DNA of 43,706 nt from Pseudomonadota bacterium (GTDB lineage: Bacteria; Pseudomonadota; Alphaproteobacteria; Rickettsiales; UBA3002), in assembly GCA_048498255.1 (NCBI GenBank), contig JBEHYI010000001.1, positions 1 through 43,706 of the forward strand. Direction: 5' to 3'. Of the stretch, positions 25,876 to 35,501 are shown piece by piece. The notes below the pieces were generated by a model. It was given only the letters and a program-made list of their open reading frames with translations, had not been told where the DNA came from and made no database searches. The stretch's first letter is position 1. Every line of letters starts with the position of its first letter. The translations under genes and the position numbers were made by a program.

Positions 25876-26424
25876 CTACCGTCCCACAAACGCCACAAAC
25901 TGCCCAACCAGCTCCTTCAGCCGCGCGGCGGTTTTTTCATCGCTGAGCTTCCCATCCGCACCGAAAGCATTCGCCGCATTCGGCAGCGCCATCATATCCG
26001 GGTAGGTATGCACCTTCAGCACATCAAACGGCTGACGCGTGTGCCACAACGCGCGGATGCCGCCAAGCGCACCGGGCGATGCCGCGAGCAGCAACAAATG
26101 CTTCTCGGCGAGCGACATGTTGGGCTTATCGCGGCTCAGCCAATCCACCACATTTTTCAACACGCCGGGGATGCTGCCGTTATATTCCGGCGTCGCGATG
26201 ATGAGCCCATCCGCCGCACGGATTTTTGCACCGAGTTTTTTCGCACCCTCCGGGATGCCAGAGCTCGCCTCGATATCGCCGTCATACACCGGCATCGCAT
26301 ATTCGCGCAAATCCACGAACTCGCACTCCGCTCCGGCTTCGGTCGCGACCCGTGCCGCCTCACGGGCGAATTTTTTGTTCAACGAATCGGTGCGCAGCGA
26401 ACCGGCAAAGGCGATGAGTTTCAT
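25876..26424 (-). CDS. NADPH-dependent FMN reductase family protein
   Basis: MKLIAFAGSLRTDSLNKK...GLIIATPEYNGSIPGVLKNVVDWLSR is typical. Start at ATG 26424 with an AGGA SD. Confidence 0.85.
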   Translation of the reverse strand: MKLIAFAGSLRTDSLNKKFAREAARVATEAGAECEFVDLREYAMPVYDGDIEASSGIPEGAKKLGAKIRAADGLIIATPEYNGSIPGVLKNVVDWLSRDKPNMSLAEKHLLLLAASPGALGGIRALWHTRQPFDVLKVHTYPDMMALPNAANAFGADGKLSDEKTAARLKELVGQFVAFVGR

Positions 26425-26534
26425 GGAGAATCCTATCGAACGAAGTTGCAAAAACGGTGAAACGAACATAGAACCCCATCATAAATTTACAATAAGCTTA
26501 CTAGGCTGTCGTTTCATTCAACTAGGAGCGCCTT

Positions 26535-26969
26535 ATGAAAACCATCCTCACTGCCAAAGCAACCTCCACCGGCGGCCGCCAGGGCCAAAGTCAAACGCCG
26601 GACGGCAAGCTGAAATTCGAGATGGCCATGCCCGGCGGGCCGCAGAAAACCGGCACCACCACCAACCCGGAAGAGTTATTCGCCTGCGGCTACGCGGCTT
26701 GTTTCGGTGGCGCACTGGATTACATCGCCAAGCAGCAGAAGGTCGATGCATCCGGCGCGACGGTGAATGCAGAGGTGAGCCTGAACCAGGACGAGAGCGG
26801 CTTTTTCCTGAGCGCGGTAATGGATGTGTCGCTCCCGAACCTCGACGATGCCGCAGCGAAAAAGCTGGTCGAAGCCACGCACCAATTCTGCCCATACTCC
26901 AAAGCCACGCGGGGGAATGTGGAAGTGATACTAAAAGTGAACAGCCAGATGTTGCAGAAGGCTGCTTAA
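26535..26969 (+). CDS. ohr: Organic hydroperoxide resistance protein (Ohr/OsmC family)
   Basis: TNPEELFACGYAACF and the second Cys in HQFCPYSKATRGN, 144 aa. Confidence 0.9.
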   Translation: MKTILTAKATSTGGRQGQSQTPDGKLKFEMAMPGGPQKTGTTTNPEELFACGYAACFGGALDYIAKQQKVDASGATVNAEVSLNQDESGFFLSAVMDVSLPNLDDAAAKKLVEATHQFCPYSKATRGNVEVILKVNSQMLQKAA

Positions 26970-26980
26970 AATGTGACTGG

Positions 26981-27004
26981 CCAGCCCTTCGGGGCTGGTT
27001 TTTT
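26981..27004 (+). terminator. Rho-independent terminator after ohr
   Basis: ccagccc-ttcg-gggctgg followed by tttttt. It overlaps the stop codon of the convergent 27003-27878 gene. Confidence 0.8.
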
Positions 27005-27878
27005 ATAACTTCCGTCCTGATTTAGAGCCTGGCACGGTATTCCGCACTTTATCAACCGTGGTTTGCGCGCCCCGTGCCATCACCTGATCGACTGAATAGG
27101 TAGGCAAGCCAATAACGCCAGCCTCATCCACCAGCTTTTTCCCATCCGGCGTTTCGTAGCAGACATTGATATCATTCTTATGGATCGCTGAAACGACACC
27201 ATCTGTCCCGATATGAACCATCGCAGTATCTGGGAATGTTTGCTGGGTGCCAGTTTCGGTGTCACGACTAAAGCCGCCGCTAATGGCAAAGCCTTGTCCT
27301 TGGCTGCGTCGTTTTTGGTAATGCCCTTCGCGTATTTTATTATCGGGAATTTTGGTTAAATCTTCATCGGTACCATAAGGGTTATGGCGATGTTTGAATG
27401 TACCGCGATCTTGATTAAACACATCGCCATGAATGCCAATATTGTCGTTTACCGGATGAATGGACGGCGGCGTATGATCGTAGGCAATTCCGGTTGCCGT
27501 TTTAAAAAACTGGATCAACGTATTGCGATCCATCGTACCGCCATTTCCGAGCTTCATGTTCTCGTAAGTGAGCTCCATCGCAGCAGCTTGGCGTTCGGAG
27601 ATATTATTGATCAACACAACCTGTGTCCCATCCGTGGGCACGATTTGTGGAAAGCCCTCGAACTTCGAATCGGTAATTTCCATCCCCTCAGCGCCGGATT
27701 TCACAACGAGTGTCAATTCTTTCGCATTGGGCAGTTCCAAGTTACCCAAGCCATCATTTAACGCGGGAATCGGCACAACAAATCGTCCCGTTTTGGCGGG
27801 CATCACGGCTTGCGTGGAGTGCTTAGTGGCAAAAGCCTTCAGCATTCTATCCGATAAAATGGGTAGCGATTCCGTCAT
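27003..27878 (-). CDS. Hypothetical protein, 291 aa, no TM or signal peptide seen
   Basis: Single long ORF between ohr and tRNA-Ser. More AT-rich than neighbours by eye. No family recognised. Confidence 0.6.
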   Translation of the reverse strand: MTESLPILSDRMLKAFATKHSTQAVMPAKTGRFVVPIPALNDGLGNLELPNAKELTLVVKSGAEGMEITDSKFEGFPQIVPTDGTQVVLINNISERQAAAMELTYENMKLGNGGTMDRNTLIQFFKTATGIAYDHTPPSIHPVNDNIGIHGDVFNQDRGTFKHRHNPYGTDEDLTKIPDNKIREGHYQKRRSQGQGFAISGGFSRDTETGTQQTFPDTAMVHIGTDGVVSAIHKNDINVCYETPDGKKLVDEAGVIGLPTYSVDQVMARGAQTTVDKVRNTVPGSKSGRKL

Positions 27879-27967
27879 CGTAGTACCTCTCTATGGAGGT
27901 AGTATACACGCTAAATACTACAGAATTATTACGAAAAACCGGAAATTAGGTCGCTAACATGCTGTAA

Positions 27968-28057
27968 TGGAGGAGGGGAAGAGATTCGAACTCTCGATAC
28001 GCGTTAACGTATACACACTTTCCAGGCGTGCTCCTTAAACCACTCGGACACCCCTCC
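27968..28057 (-). tRNA. tRNA-Ser (anticodon GGA), long variable arm
   Basis: Reverse complement GGAGGGG-TG-TCCG-AGTGGTTTAA-GGAG-CACGC-CTGGAAA-GTGTG-TATACGTTAACGCGTATC-GAGAG-TTCGAAT-CTCTT-CCCCTCC-T-CCA, 90 nt. Confidence 0.88.
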
Positions 28058-28108
28058 GCCTTGCGAACAGCGTCTATAACGCGCAAGGCAGCCAACGGCA
28101 AGTTCAGA

Positions 28109-28483
28109 TTAGTCTTTCTTCGCCCGCTGTTCCTCTACCACATCGCAATGCGCCTGGCGGTGGGTGTGGTACATCATGCGCTGCAGCCACGGGGCGAGGA
28201 GCATGCCGGTGGTGGAAACCAGCGCGAGGCCGCTAAACAGCGCGTAACACGAGGCGAAAATTTTCACCGTATCGTTCGTGAGCGGTGAAACCGGCCCCAT
28301 GCCGCCCAAAATCATCGAGGCTTCAAGCAGCGCATCCACCCAATGAAGTCCGCCGAGATAATGGTAGCCGCTGACCCCAATCGCGAGCGACACGCTCACC
28401 ATCACGCCCGCCACCGCCAGCGAGCGGCGCACTTTGCTCCAATGGTTCGCGGGGTGGAAATGCTGCGCGCTCGTTTTCGTCAT
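28109..28483 (-). CDS. Small membrane protein with a 2TM/P-loop ion-channel-like layout and a non-canonical filter
   Basis: TM1 is LAVAGVMVSVSLAIGVSGYHYL. The pore-helix-like segment HWVDALLEASMILGGMGPVSPLT can be compared with K-channel W..DALYFS.VTLTTVGYGD..P.T. TM2 is IFASCYALFSGLALVSTTGMLLAPW. Confidence 0.5.
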   Translation of the reverse strand: MTKTSAQHFHPANHWSKVRRSLAVAGVMVSVSLAIGVSGYHYLGGLHWVDALLEASMILGGMGPVSPLTNDTVKIFASCYALFSGLALVSTTGMLLAPWLQRMMYHTHRQAHCDVVEEQRAKKD

Positions 28484-28552
28484 CCCCCATCGCTAGCACA
28501 CAGCCGCTAAAACACAAGTGACAGCGCACGCGCCAACTGCTACGACCAACCC

Positions 28553-29524
28553 ATGCTGGTCCTGAACGAACTCAACCACCATGTGGTCAAACACGAGAGC
28601 GATAACCCGCTTGCGATCGGCGAGCACGCCATCTGGATCGATTTATTAAACCCCACGCGCGAGGAAGAAATCGCGGTGGAGGAATTCCTCTGCATGCAAA
28701 TCCCCACGCGTGAGGAAATGCACGAGATCGAGCTCTCGAACCGCCTTTACAGCGAGCATGGCGCGATTTACATGACCGCGACGATGGTGACGAAAGTCGA
28801 CACCATGTCGCCGGAAACCCACGCCGTCACCTTCGTGCTCACCGACCGCGTGCTGGTGACGATCCGCTACACGGACGCCACCTCCTTCCGCCGCTTCATC
28901 GCCCATGCGCCGAAACTGCCGACCGGCGAGCATGACGGCATCAGCATGTTTCTCGGCCTGCTTGAATCCATCGTCGACCGCATGGCGGATATTCTCGAGC
29001 GGCTCGACCGCGATATCGATCGCATCACCAAGGATATTTTCCGAGACCAAACCAAATGCGCGGCGAGCGAGCGCACGGATTACCAAAAAGTGCTCCAACG
29101 TATTGGCCGCTGCGGGGATCTCTCGGCAAAAATCCACGAGAGCCTCGTCACCTATAGCCGTGTCGCGGCCTATGCGACGCACCACAAAAAAATGGCGCTG
29201 CCGGAGAACCGCGAGCTGCTCGAGGCCGTGCGCAAGGATTTATCGGGCCTAGGCGACCATGGCACCTACCTCACCGGCCGGGTGAATTTCCTGCTCGATG
29301 CCACGCTCGGCATGATCTCGATCGAGCAAAATGGCACGTTCAAGATCCTTTCCGTCGCCTCGCTAGTCTTCATGCCGCCGACCTTGGTGGCAGGGATCTA
29401 CGGCATGAATTTTAAACTCATGCCCGAGCTCGACTGGCATTGGGGTTACCCGATGGCCGTCGCGCTCATGGTGGTCGCGGGCATTTTGCCGTATCTCTAC
29501 CTCAAGCAACGGCGGATGTTGTAG
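28553..29524 (+). CDS. corA: Magnesium/cobalt transporter CorA
   Basis: C-terminal two TM segments with the YGMNF signature (GIYGMNFKLMPELDW), 323 aa. Confidence 0.9.
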   Translation: MLVLNELNHHVVKHESDNPLAIGEHAIWIDLLNPTREEEIAVEEFLCMQIPTREEMHEIELSNRLYSEHGAIYMTATMVTKVDTMSPETHAVTFVLTDRVLVTIRYTDATSFRRFIAHAPKLPTGEHDGISMFLGLLESIVDRMADILERLDRDIDRITKDIFRDQTKCAASERTDYQKVLQRIGRCGDLSAKIHESLVTYSRVAAYATHHKKMALPENRELLEAVRKDLSGLGDHGTYLTGRVNFLLDATLGMISIEQNGTFKILSVASLVFMPPTLVAGIYGMNFKLMPELDWHWGYPMAVALMVVAGILPYLYLKQRRML

Positions 29525-29526
29525 GG

Positions 29527-29979
29527 CTAGGTTTTGGCCCCATACAGCGCCTCAGCCCGCGCGGTAAACGCCGCAACCATTTTCGAACAGGCGCGCTCGA
29601 ACATGCCGCCAATCATTTTATCCAGCAGCTTCGATTTGAACTCGAATTCGAGCGCGAGGTGAATTTCACACCCATCGCCATGCGGCACAAACCGCCAATG
29701 GTTATCGAGGGTTTTGAACGGCCCCTCCACCAGGGCCACTTCGATGCGGCCTTCGCGGTTTGCGGTCGGCGCAACCGGCGTTACACGGCTGCTGTAGCGC
29801 TCGGTGAGATGGCTGAAGCTGACCATCACCTCGCCCACAAAACTATCTGCCCCGCGTTCGATAATGCGCACAGCGCGGCACCCGGGCAGAAATTCCGGGT
29901 ATTTCTCAATATCCACCACCAGTGCAAAAACTTGCTCGGGCGAGTAGGGCAGAACGCGGGTTTCGGTATAGGAATGCAT
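29527..29979 (-). CDS. SRPBCC-fold protein of the RatA / COQ10 (polyketide cyclase-dehydrase) family
   Basis: VLPYSPEQVFALVVDIEKYPEFLPGC...YSSRV...GPFKTLDNHWRF. Start set at ATG 29979. Confidence 0.8.
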   Translation of the reverse strand: MHSYTETRVLPYSPEQVFALVVDIEKYPEFLPGCRAVRIIERGADSFVGEVMVSFSHLTERYSSRVTPVAPTANREGRIEVALVEGPFKTLDNHWRFVPHGDGCEIHLALEFEFKSKLLDKMIGGMFERACSKMVAAFTARAEALYGAKT

Positions 29980-30077
29980 GGTTCGCTCATGACGTAAAAA
30001 GTGAAATTTGGCAAGCACGCGCCCACAAAAAAGGGCCACCCATCGCTGGGCGGCCCTCTCTTTTTCGAAACCGAAGC

Positions 30078-31364
30078 TTATTTGCTTTCGATCTGCTCGC
30101 CGTGCTGGCTGCCATCGAGGCCGCCTTGCTCTTCCGCATCCGTCACGCGCAGTGGGGTAATCACCGCCACGACTTTGATGATGATGAAGGTGGCAATCAT
30201 GCTGTAAAGCGCGACTGCAATCGCACCGGTCAGCTGAATGTTGAACAATGTTTGGCCGCCATTGAGCATACCATCATTGCCCGCAGCATTCACGGCTTTG
30301 GTCGCGAGCAAGCCCGTCCCCAAAATACCGATCGTACCGCCAATACCGTGGCAGGCGAACACATCGAGCGTATCGTCGATGTTGAATTTGCCCTTCACGG
30401 TGCGCGCAGCAAGGTTACAAATGATACCGGCAGCAACACCGAGAATCATCGCCGAACCGGCCGTCACGAAGCCAGCCGCCGGGGTAATGGCAACCAAACC
30501 CGCCACCACGCCGATGCAGCCGCCAACCGTGGTCGGCTTGCCATCCTTGATGGTGTCGATGAGCGTCCAAGCCAGCATCGCCGTTGCAGCAGCAAAGAAG
30601 CTGTTCACGAACGCTTGCGAAGCCAAACCGCCCGAGGTGAGCGCCGAGCCGCCGTTGAAGCCAAACCAGCCGAACCACAGCAACGCGGTACCGAGCACGA
30701 TCATGCCGACATTATACGGCTTGTGCGCCTGGCCGAAATCGCGGCGTTTGCCAAACAGGATCGCAGCCACGAGCGCGGAGTAACCCGCCGTCATATGCAC
30801 CACGTAACCACCGGCGAAATCGAGCGCGCCTTTTTTGAACAGCCAACCCGTGGACGACCACACCCAGTGGCACACCGGCGAGTAAACCGCGAGGCTCCAC
30901 AGCACGAGGATCAAAATCCAGGCCTTGAAGCGAATGCGCTCAGCGAACGCACCGGTCATCAGCGCCGGGGTGATGATCGCAAACATCATCTGGAACGCCA
31001 TGAATAGGATGTGCGGAATGGTCGCGTTCTTATCGACCGGCTCCTGACCAACGCCATTCAGCATCTGGTAGGCGCTATCGCCGATATAGTCCGACCCGCC
31101 GGAGAAGGCGAGGCTGTAGCCGATGACGGCCCACACCACACCGATAATGCCGAGCGGAATGAAGTTTTGATACAAGGTCGAAACGGCGTTTTTGCTGCGC
31201 ACCATGCCGCCGTAAAAGAAGGCGAGGCCCGGGGTCATCAGCAATACGAGGGCGGTCGAAACGAGCATCCACGCTGTGTCGCCGCTATTCACCGCGGCAA
31301 ACGCCGGGGCGGGCAGTAGAAGGAGCGGTAGCAACCGCGCCAGGGTTTTCGGGGAAAATGACAT
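30078..31364 (-). CDS. amtB: Ammonium transporter AmtB with signal peptide
   Basis: GDTAWMLVSTALVLLMTPGLAFFYGGMVR, DFAGGYVVHMTAG and DVFACHGIGGTIG. No glnK is adjacent. Confidence 0.93.
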   Translation of the reverse strand: MSFSPKTLARLLPLLLLPAPAFAAVNSGDTAWMLVSTALVLLMTPGLAFFYGGMVRSKNAVSTLYQNFIPLGIIGVVWAVIGYSLAFSGGSDYIGDSAYQMLNGVGQEPVDKNATIPHILFMAFQMMFAIITPALMTGAFAERIRFKAWILILVLWSLAVYSPVCHWVWSSTGWLFKKGALDFAGGYVVHMTAGYSALVAAILFGKRRDFGQAHKPYNVGMIVLGTALLWFGWFGFNGGSALTSGGLASQAFVNSFFAAATAMLAWTLIDTIKDGKPTTVGGCIGVVAGLVAITPAAGFVTAGSAMILGVAAGIICNLAARTVKGKFNIDDTLDVFACHGIGGTIGILGTGLLATKAVNAAGNDGMLNGGQTLFNIQLTGAIAVALYSMIATFIIIKVVAVITPLRVTDAEEQGGLDGSQHGEQIESK

Positions 31365-31597
31365 TCAGGCCTCCTGCAAATGGTTTCTCATAAACGCTTA
31401 AGTAACTTCAGCTACTTAGCGCGAAAATACAGGTAAACCGTGTGAATACTCAAAGTGAATGCGAATAATATGGCCAAGCACCTGTTTTTATTGCAGCGCG
31501 ATGTGGTATTTATGCGGCAATCTTCACGGGATTGTCATACTGCGATGCAATGGCAAATGCTATGATGTCCCATCATTAACTAACGGGAACCAAGCTT

Positions 31598-31960
31598 ATG
31601 ACGTTTAGACTTTCGGATGAGTTATATAAAGATTTGTCCACCCTATCCGCTGCTTTTAGTGAAGAACATTGGGGCAGCGAGTATCTTTCTAGACCTATTG
31701 TAAAGTACCTAGGTGATGTCGAGCAATTGAAGCGGCAGGAGTACATTCAACCAGGTCCCTTCTCGCACAGAAATGAATTCGATGTATTGCGCTCGGTCGA
31801 CGGAATTACCGAAGCTTTGACGGCGATTGCGGACCGAAATGAAGAGGAACGGGGTCAAGAGGCGGCAGCGCCTTATCGCTCACTTATTAGCCGTATCGCG
31901 GCCGAAAGAAGGCAAGCGCAGATTGCTAAAAAGGCTACAGAGGGTACTCCGGACCGCTAA
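31598..31960 (+). CDS. Hypothetical protein, 120 aa
   Basis: ATG start, AT-richer segment. It is the first gene of a tight two-gene pair. No family recognised. Confidence 0.5.
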   Translation: MTFRLSDELYKDLSTLSAAFSEEHWGSEYLSRPIVKYLGDVEQLKRQEYIQPGPFSHRNEFDVLRSVDGITEALTAIADRNEEERGQEAAAPYRSLISRIAAERRQAQIAKKATEGTPDR

Positions 31961-31979
31961 AGAATGAAGGAAACTAAAC

Positions 31980-32270
31980 ATGTTTACACCCAAATTAATG
32001 GATGACGTTAAAAAGATGCAAAGCGGCATGCAATTTTGCCCGGAGCGCAATGATTTATGGGATGCGATTCAGAAATATGATGCTGCAGCTGCAGCCTTAA
32101 GCGGAAAATACCCTGCGGCACAAAAAGGCAAACTCAAAAGAGATCTTACAGAATCTGCCGAAACTTTGAAGGAAGCAGTGACAAGCGCAGCTGAATACGC
32201 TGTGGGTACAGACTCTATTCGTGATGCGGTAACGGCTGCTTACAGTAGCGCAATTTCACCTAGGATCTAA
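31980..32270 (+). CDS. Hypothetical protein, 96 aa
   Basis: ATG preceded by aaggaaactaaac (SD AAGGA). Lies 19 nt after the previous stop. No family recognised. Confidence 0.5.
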   Translation: MFTPKLMDDVKKMQSGMQFCPERNDLWDAIQKYDAAAAALSGKYPAAQKGKLKRDLTESAETLKEAVTSAAEYAVGTDSIRDAVTAAYSSAISPRI

Positions 32271-32473
32271 GCGTTACTCGCAGTCCATAGCCACCACTTC
32301 CCGGTGCCTCGCCCCCATCCTAGGATAATCTCGCCACCCCTGCCGCTGCAACAAAACGCAACAAATAGCACGCGCAACGGGTCCCCAATCAGCGAATCAA
32401 TCGCTTACCATGGCACCGTGCAACGCCATGTTGCGAATCAGGCAACATAATCCAAAAAATTAAATGGGGTGGT

Positions 32474-33427
32474 TTAGGCGTTATCGTTCGCGGCGTTGAC
32501 CTTATTCGCTTCCGCCAACTTCGCATTCCGTGCGTCGCGCATGCGGGCAAAATCCGCATCCGCATGATACGAACTGCGGGTGAGGGGGCTGGCGGAAACC
32601 ATCAGGAAACCCTTGGTATAGGCCACGCGCTCGAGGTAGCGGAACTCATCCGGCGTGACGTAGCGATCCACCGGCGCATGCGCAGGGGTCGGCTGCAAAT
32701 ACTGGCCAATGGTCATGAAATCCACCTCCGCCGCGCGGAAATCATCCATCACTTGCAGCACCTCATCCATCGTCTCGCCAAGCCCCACCATAATGCCGGA
32801 TTTGGTAAAAACGCTCGGCTGCAGCTCCTTTACGGTCTTCAGCAAATGCAGCGAATTGAAGTAGCGCGCGCCGGGGCGAATGCGCTTATAGAGGCTCGGC
32901 ACGGTCTCGATATTATGGTTAAAAACATCCGGCCGCGCACCGGCGATCACCGGGATCGCATGTTCCTTACGCAGGAAATCTGGCGTTAAAATCTCAATCG
33001 TCGTCTCGGGCGACGTGGTGCGGATATATTCGATACATTGCGCGAAATGCGCTGCGCCGCCATCGTCCAGATCATCGCGATCCACACTCGTAATCACCAC
33101 ATGCTTCAGGCCCAGTTTGCCCACGGCCTCCGCCAAATTCTTCGGCTCCTCGGCATCGAGCTTCATCGGCACACCGGTCTTGATGTTACAAAACGCGCAG
33201 GCCCGCGTGCAGGTGTCGCCCATGATCATCACGGTCGCGTGCGCCTTGCTCCAGCATTCGCCGATATTCGGGCAGGCCGCTTCTTCGCACACCGTGTGCA
33301 GCTTGTTCTTGCGCATCAGCTCGCGCGTATCCTTATAGCCCTGCGATTGCGGCGCCTTAACGCGGATCCAATCGGGCTTGGGGAGTTTTTTGTCGGGGGC
33401 TAACGGGATGGGGTGGAGATCGGCCAT
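32474..33427 (-). CDS. lipA: Lipoyl synthase
   Basis: [25 protein letters not shown] and the radical-SAM motif [10 protein letters not shown]. Start set at ATG 33427 (MADLHPIPL); the track start at 33463 is a TTG. Confidence 0.95.
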   Translation of the reverse strand: MADLHPIPLAPDKKLPKPDWIRVKAPQSQGYKDTRELMRKNKLHTVCEEAACPNIGECWSKAHATVMIMGDTCTRACAFCNIKTGVPMKLDAEEPKNLAEAVGKLGLKHVVITSVDRDDLDDGGAAHFAQCIEYIRTTSPETTIEILTPDFLRKEHAIPVIAGARPDVFNHNIETVPSLYKRIRPGARYFNSLHLLKTVKELQPSVFTKSGIMVGLGETMDEVLQVMDDFRAAEVDFMTIGQYLQPTPAHAPVDRYVTPDEFRYLERVAYTKGFLMVSASPLTRSSYHADADFARMRDARNAKLAEANKVNAANDNA

Positions 33428-33464
33428 GGGGGCGGGTTTAGACGAAAAACAAGGATTAGGCAAG
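33290..33464. repeat. Direct repeat copy 1: native lipA 5-prime end plus leader
   Basis: The core 33297-33427 matches 35371-35501 with 6 mismatches in 131 nt by hand alignment. Weaker similarity extends to ttaggcaag at 33456-33464. Confidence 0.85.
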
Positions 33465-33507
33465 CTTCAGCCCATTGGGTGCTTTTTAAGTTTACGCCGC
33501 TTTCGGA

Positions 33508-35205
33508 TTAAACAGCAGACAAACTACGGATCCGGCTAGCAATATCGTTGACCGCGACAGCCATACGCTGGGTATTGCTTGAAATATCCCGCGTGACGGC
33601 GCTTTGCTCTTCCACCGCCCCGGCAACACTGGTGACGTATTCGCTAACCTTTTCAGCCGAATGCGAAATATTTCTGATACTTCCTGCCACGGTAGTGGAA
33701 ATATTTTGTACACCTTCAATTTCCCTAGCGATATCTTCTGTGGCTTTTGTCGTTTGATTGGCTAGGTTTTTCACCTCAGCCGCAACGACGGCAAATCCGC
33801 GTCCCGCATCGCCAGCACGCGCCGCCTCGATCGTTGCATTGAGCGCAAGTAGATTGACTTGGGAAGCGATGTTGTTGATCAAGGTGACGACATTTTCCAT
33901 CGATTTCATACTATGAATCAAACGATCTGCCACTTCGCTGGAAACATGCGTAGTTCTAGTAATGTCTTGTGCCGCATCCTTCGATAAGGACATATTTTTG
34001 CTGATTTCAGTAACGGAGGCTGAAAGCTCTTCCACCGCAGCTGCCACACTTTGGACATTGGAATTCGTTTCATCCGCAATACCGCCCGTTTCAATCACTT
34101 TCGTGACATCCGTGGCAAACTTGACCACTTTAAAAGCCTTCCCATCTGCGTTAAAAATGGGATTATACGATGCTTGAATCCAAACGACCTTCCCGTCTTT
34201 GCCTACCCGTTTGTAAACGCGACTGTCGAATTCACCCCTGCGGAGCTTTTCCCAAAATGCCGAATAAGCTGGACTTTCAGCTTCCGTAGGCTCGACAAAC
34301 ATACGATGATGCCGGCCTTTAATTTCCTCAAGTGTATAACCCATAGTCTGAAGAAAATTGGTATTTGCATGGCGAATGCTGCCATCCATCTCGAATTCAA
34401 TCACTGCCTGCGCTTTACCGATAGCGGCGATTTGCCCGCTCGTATCCGCTGCTTTTAGCTGCTGTTCGGTTACATCCGCTGCATATTTCACAACCTTAAA
34501 GGGTTTGTTGTCCATATCAAAGATGGGATTGTAAGAAGCTTGAATCCACACTTCTTTTCCACCTTTGCCAATGCGTTTATACGTATCGGCAAAATACTCG
34601 CCCTGCCGTAGCCTTTCCCAGAAAGCGGTGTAATCGCGACTTTCTGCATATACTGGATCCACGAACATGCGATGATGCTTGCCTTGTATTTCGCTCAGCT
34701 GATAGCCAAGGGCATGCAAAAAATTATCATTGGCGGTAATAATCGTTCCGTCCAGTTCGAATTCAATGACTGCCTGCGCCCTGCCGATAGCATGAATTTG
34801 ACCCTCATAGTTCGCCGTTTGAAGCTTGGACTGAGTGATATCCGTCGCGTATTTGACCACACGAATAACGCGACCCGCCTGGTCAAGCATAGGGTTATAC
34901 GAAGCCTCAATCCACACGATGCGGCCATTTTTGCCAAAGCGCTTGAATTGGTGCGCCTGGAATTTTCCCTCCCTCAAAAGCGCCCAAAATTGTTGATAAG
35001 AGCTGCTCGCAGCGTCTTTGGGATCGACAAATAAACTATGATGTTTGCCTTGAATTTCTTCGAGCCTGTACCCCATCGCGCCCAGAAAATTTTGATTGGC
35101 GGAAATGATAGTTCCATCCGGCTCAAAATAAATGACGGCCTGGGATCGGCTCACAGCCTCAATTTCCGCCCTATCCATCTCCCTTTTTGCGCGACCCATA
35201 AACAT
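33508..35205 (-). CDS. Soluble triple-PAS methyl-accepting chemotaxis protein, paralog of 18560-20266
   Basis: Same architecture as the other chemoreceptor, with the signalling motif [33 protein letters not shown]. Start set at ATG 35205 (MFMGRAK), which has a GGGAGG SD 4 nt upstream. Confidence 0.88.
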   Translation of the reverse strand: MFMGRAKREMDRAEIEAVSRSQAVIYFEPDGTIISANQNFLGAMGYRLEEIQGKHHSLFVDPKDAASSSYQQFWALLREGKFQAHQFKRFGKNGRIVWIEASYNPMLDQAGRVIRVVKYATDITQSKLQTANYEGQIHAIGRAQAVIEFELDGTIITANDNFLHALGYQLSEIQGKHHRMFVDPVYAESRDYTAFWERLRQGEYFADTYKRIGKGGKEVWIQASYNPIFDMDNKPFKVVKYAADVTEQQLKAADTSGQIAAIGKAQAVIEFEMDGSIRHANTNFLQTMGYTLEEIKGRHHRMFVEPTEAESPAYSAFWEKLRRGEFDSRVYKRVGKDGKVVWIQASYNPIFNADGKAFKVVKFATDVTKVIETGGIADETNSNVQSVAAAVEELSASVTEISKNMSLSKDAAQDITRTTHVSSEVADRLIHSMKSMENVVTLINNIASQVNLLALNATIEAARAGDAGRGFAVVAAEVKNLANQTTKATEDIAREIEGVQNISTTVAGSIRNISHSAEKVSEYVTSVAGAVEEQSAVTRDISSNTQRMAVAVNDIASRIRSLSAV

Positions 35206-35333
35206 AAAACCTCCCGTATAAGTTGCATTCAATAAAAGCAATTTTACTTGGGTTTATTCTATACGTCAACTTCCATAACATTGATGAATATTGAGTCTTA
35301 TTAGTAATTAAAATGAAGATTTTGATTAGAGGA

Positions 35334-35501
35334 TTAATAATGCGTACATCGGTTCGGATACACCACCGCATGCAGCTTGTTCTTGCGCATCAAATCGCGC
35401 GTATCCTTATAGCCATGCGATTGCGGCGCCTTAACGCGGATCCAATCGGGTTTGGGGAGCTTTTTGTCGGGGGCTAACGGGATGGGGAGGAGATCGGCCA
35501 T
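35334..35501 (-). pseudogene. Truncated lipA 5-prime fragment (44 lipA-derived codons, then 11 unrelated codons and TAA)
   Basis: Translates to [44 protein letters not shown], then AVVYPNRCTHY and stop. Homology ends just before the [13 protein letters not shown] cluster motif. Confidence 0.8.

Noticed and set aside
31365-31597. Sigma-54 promoter or NtrC sites upstream of amtB
   Set aside because: The only TGGC...TTGC-like pair (tggccaagcacctgtttttattgc) has the wrong spacing and is on the wrong strand for amtB.
33428-33463. N-terminal extension of lipA (track start [12 protein letters not shown])
   Set aside because: The upstream start is a TTG. The duplicated copy conserves the sequence only from the MADL ATG, and LipA homologs do not need the extension.
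35171-35371. 66-aa minus-strand ORF upstream of the second chemoreceptor
   Set aside because: It starts inside the junction of the truncated lipA fragment in a different frame and runs through the AT-rich spacer. It is more simply explained as debris of the insertion event.
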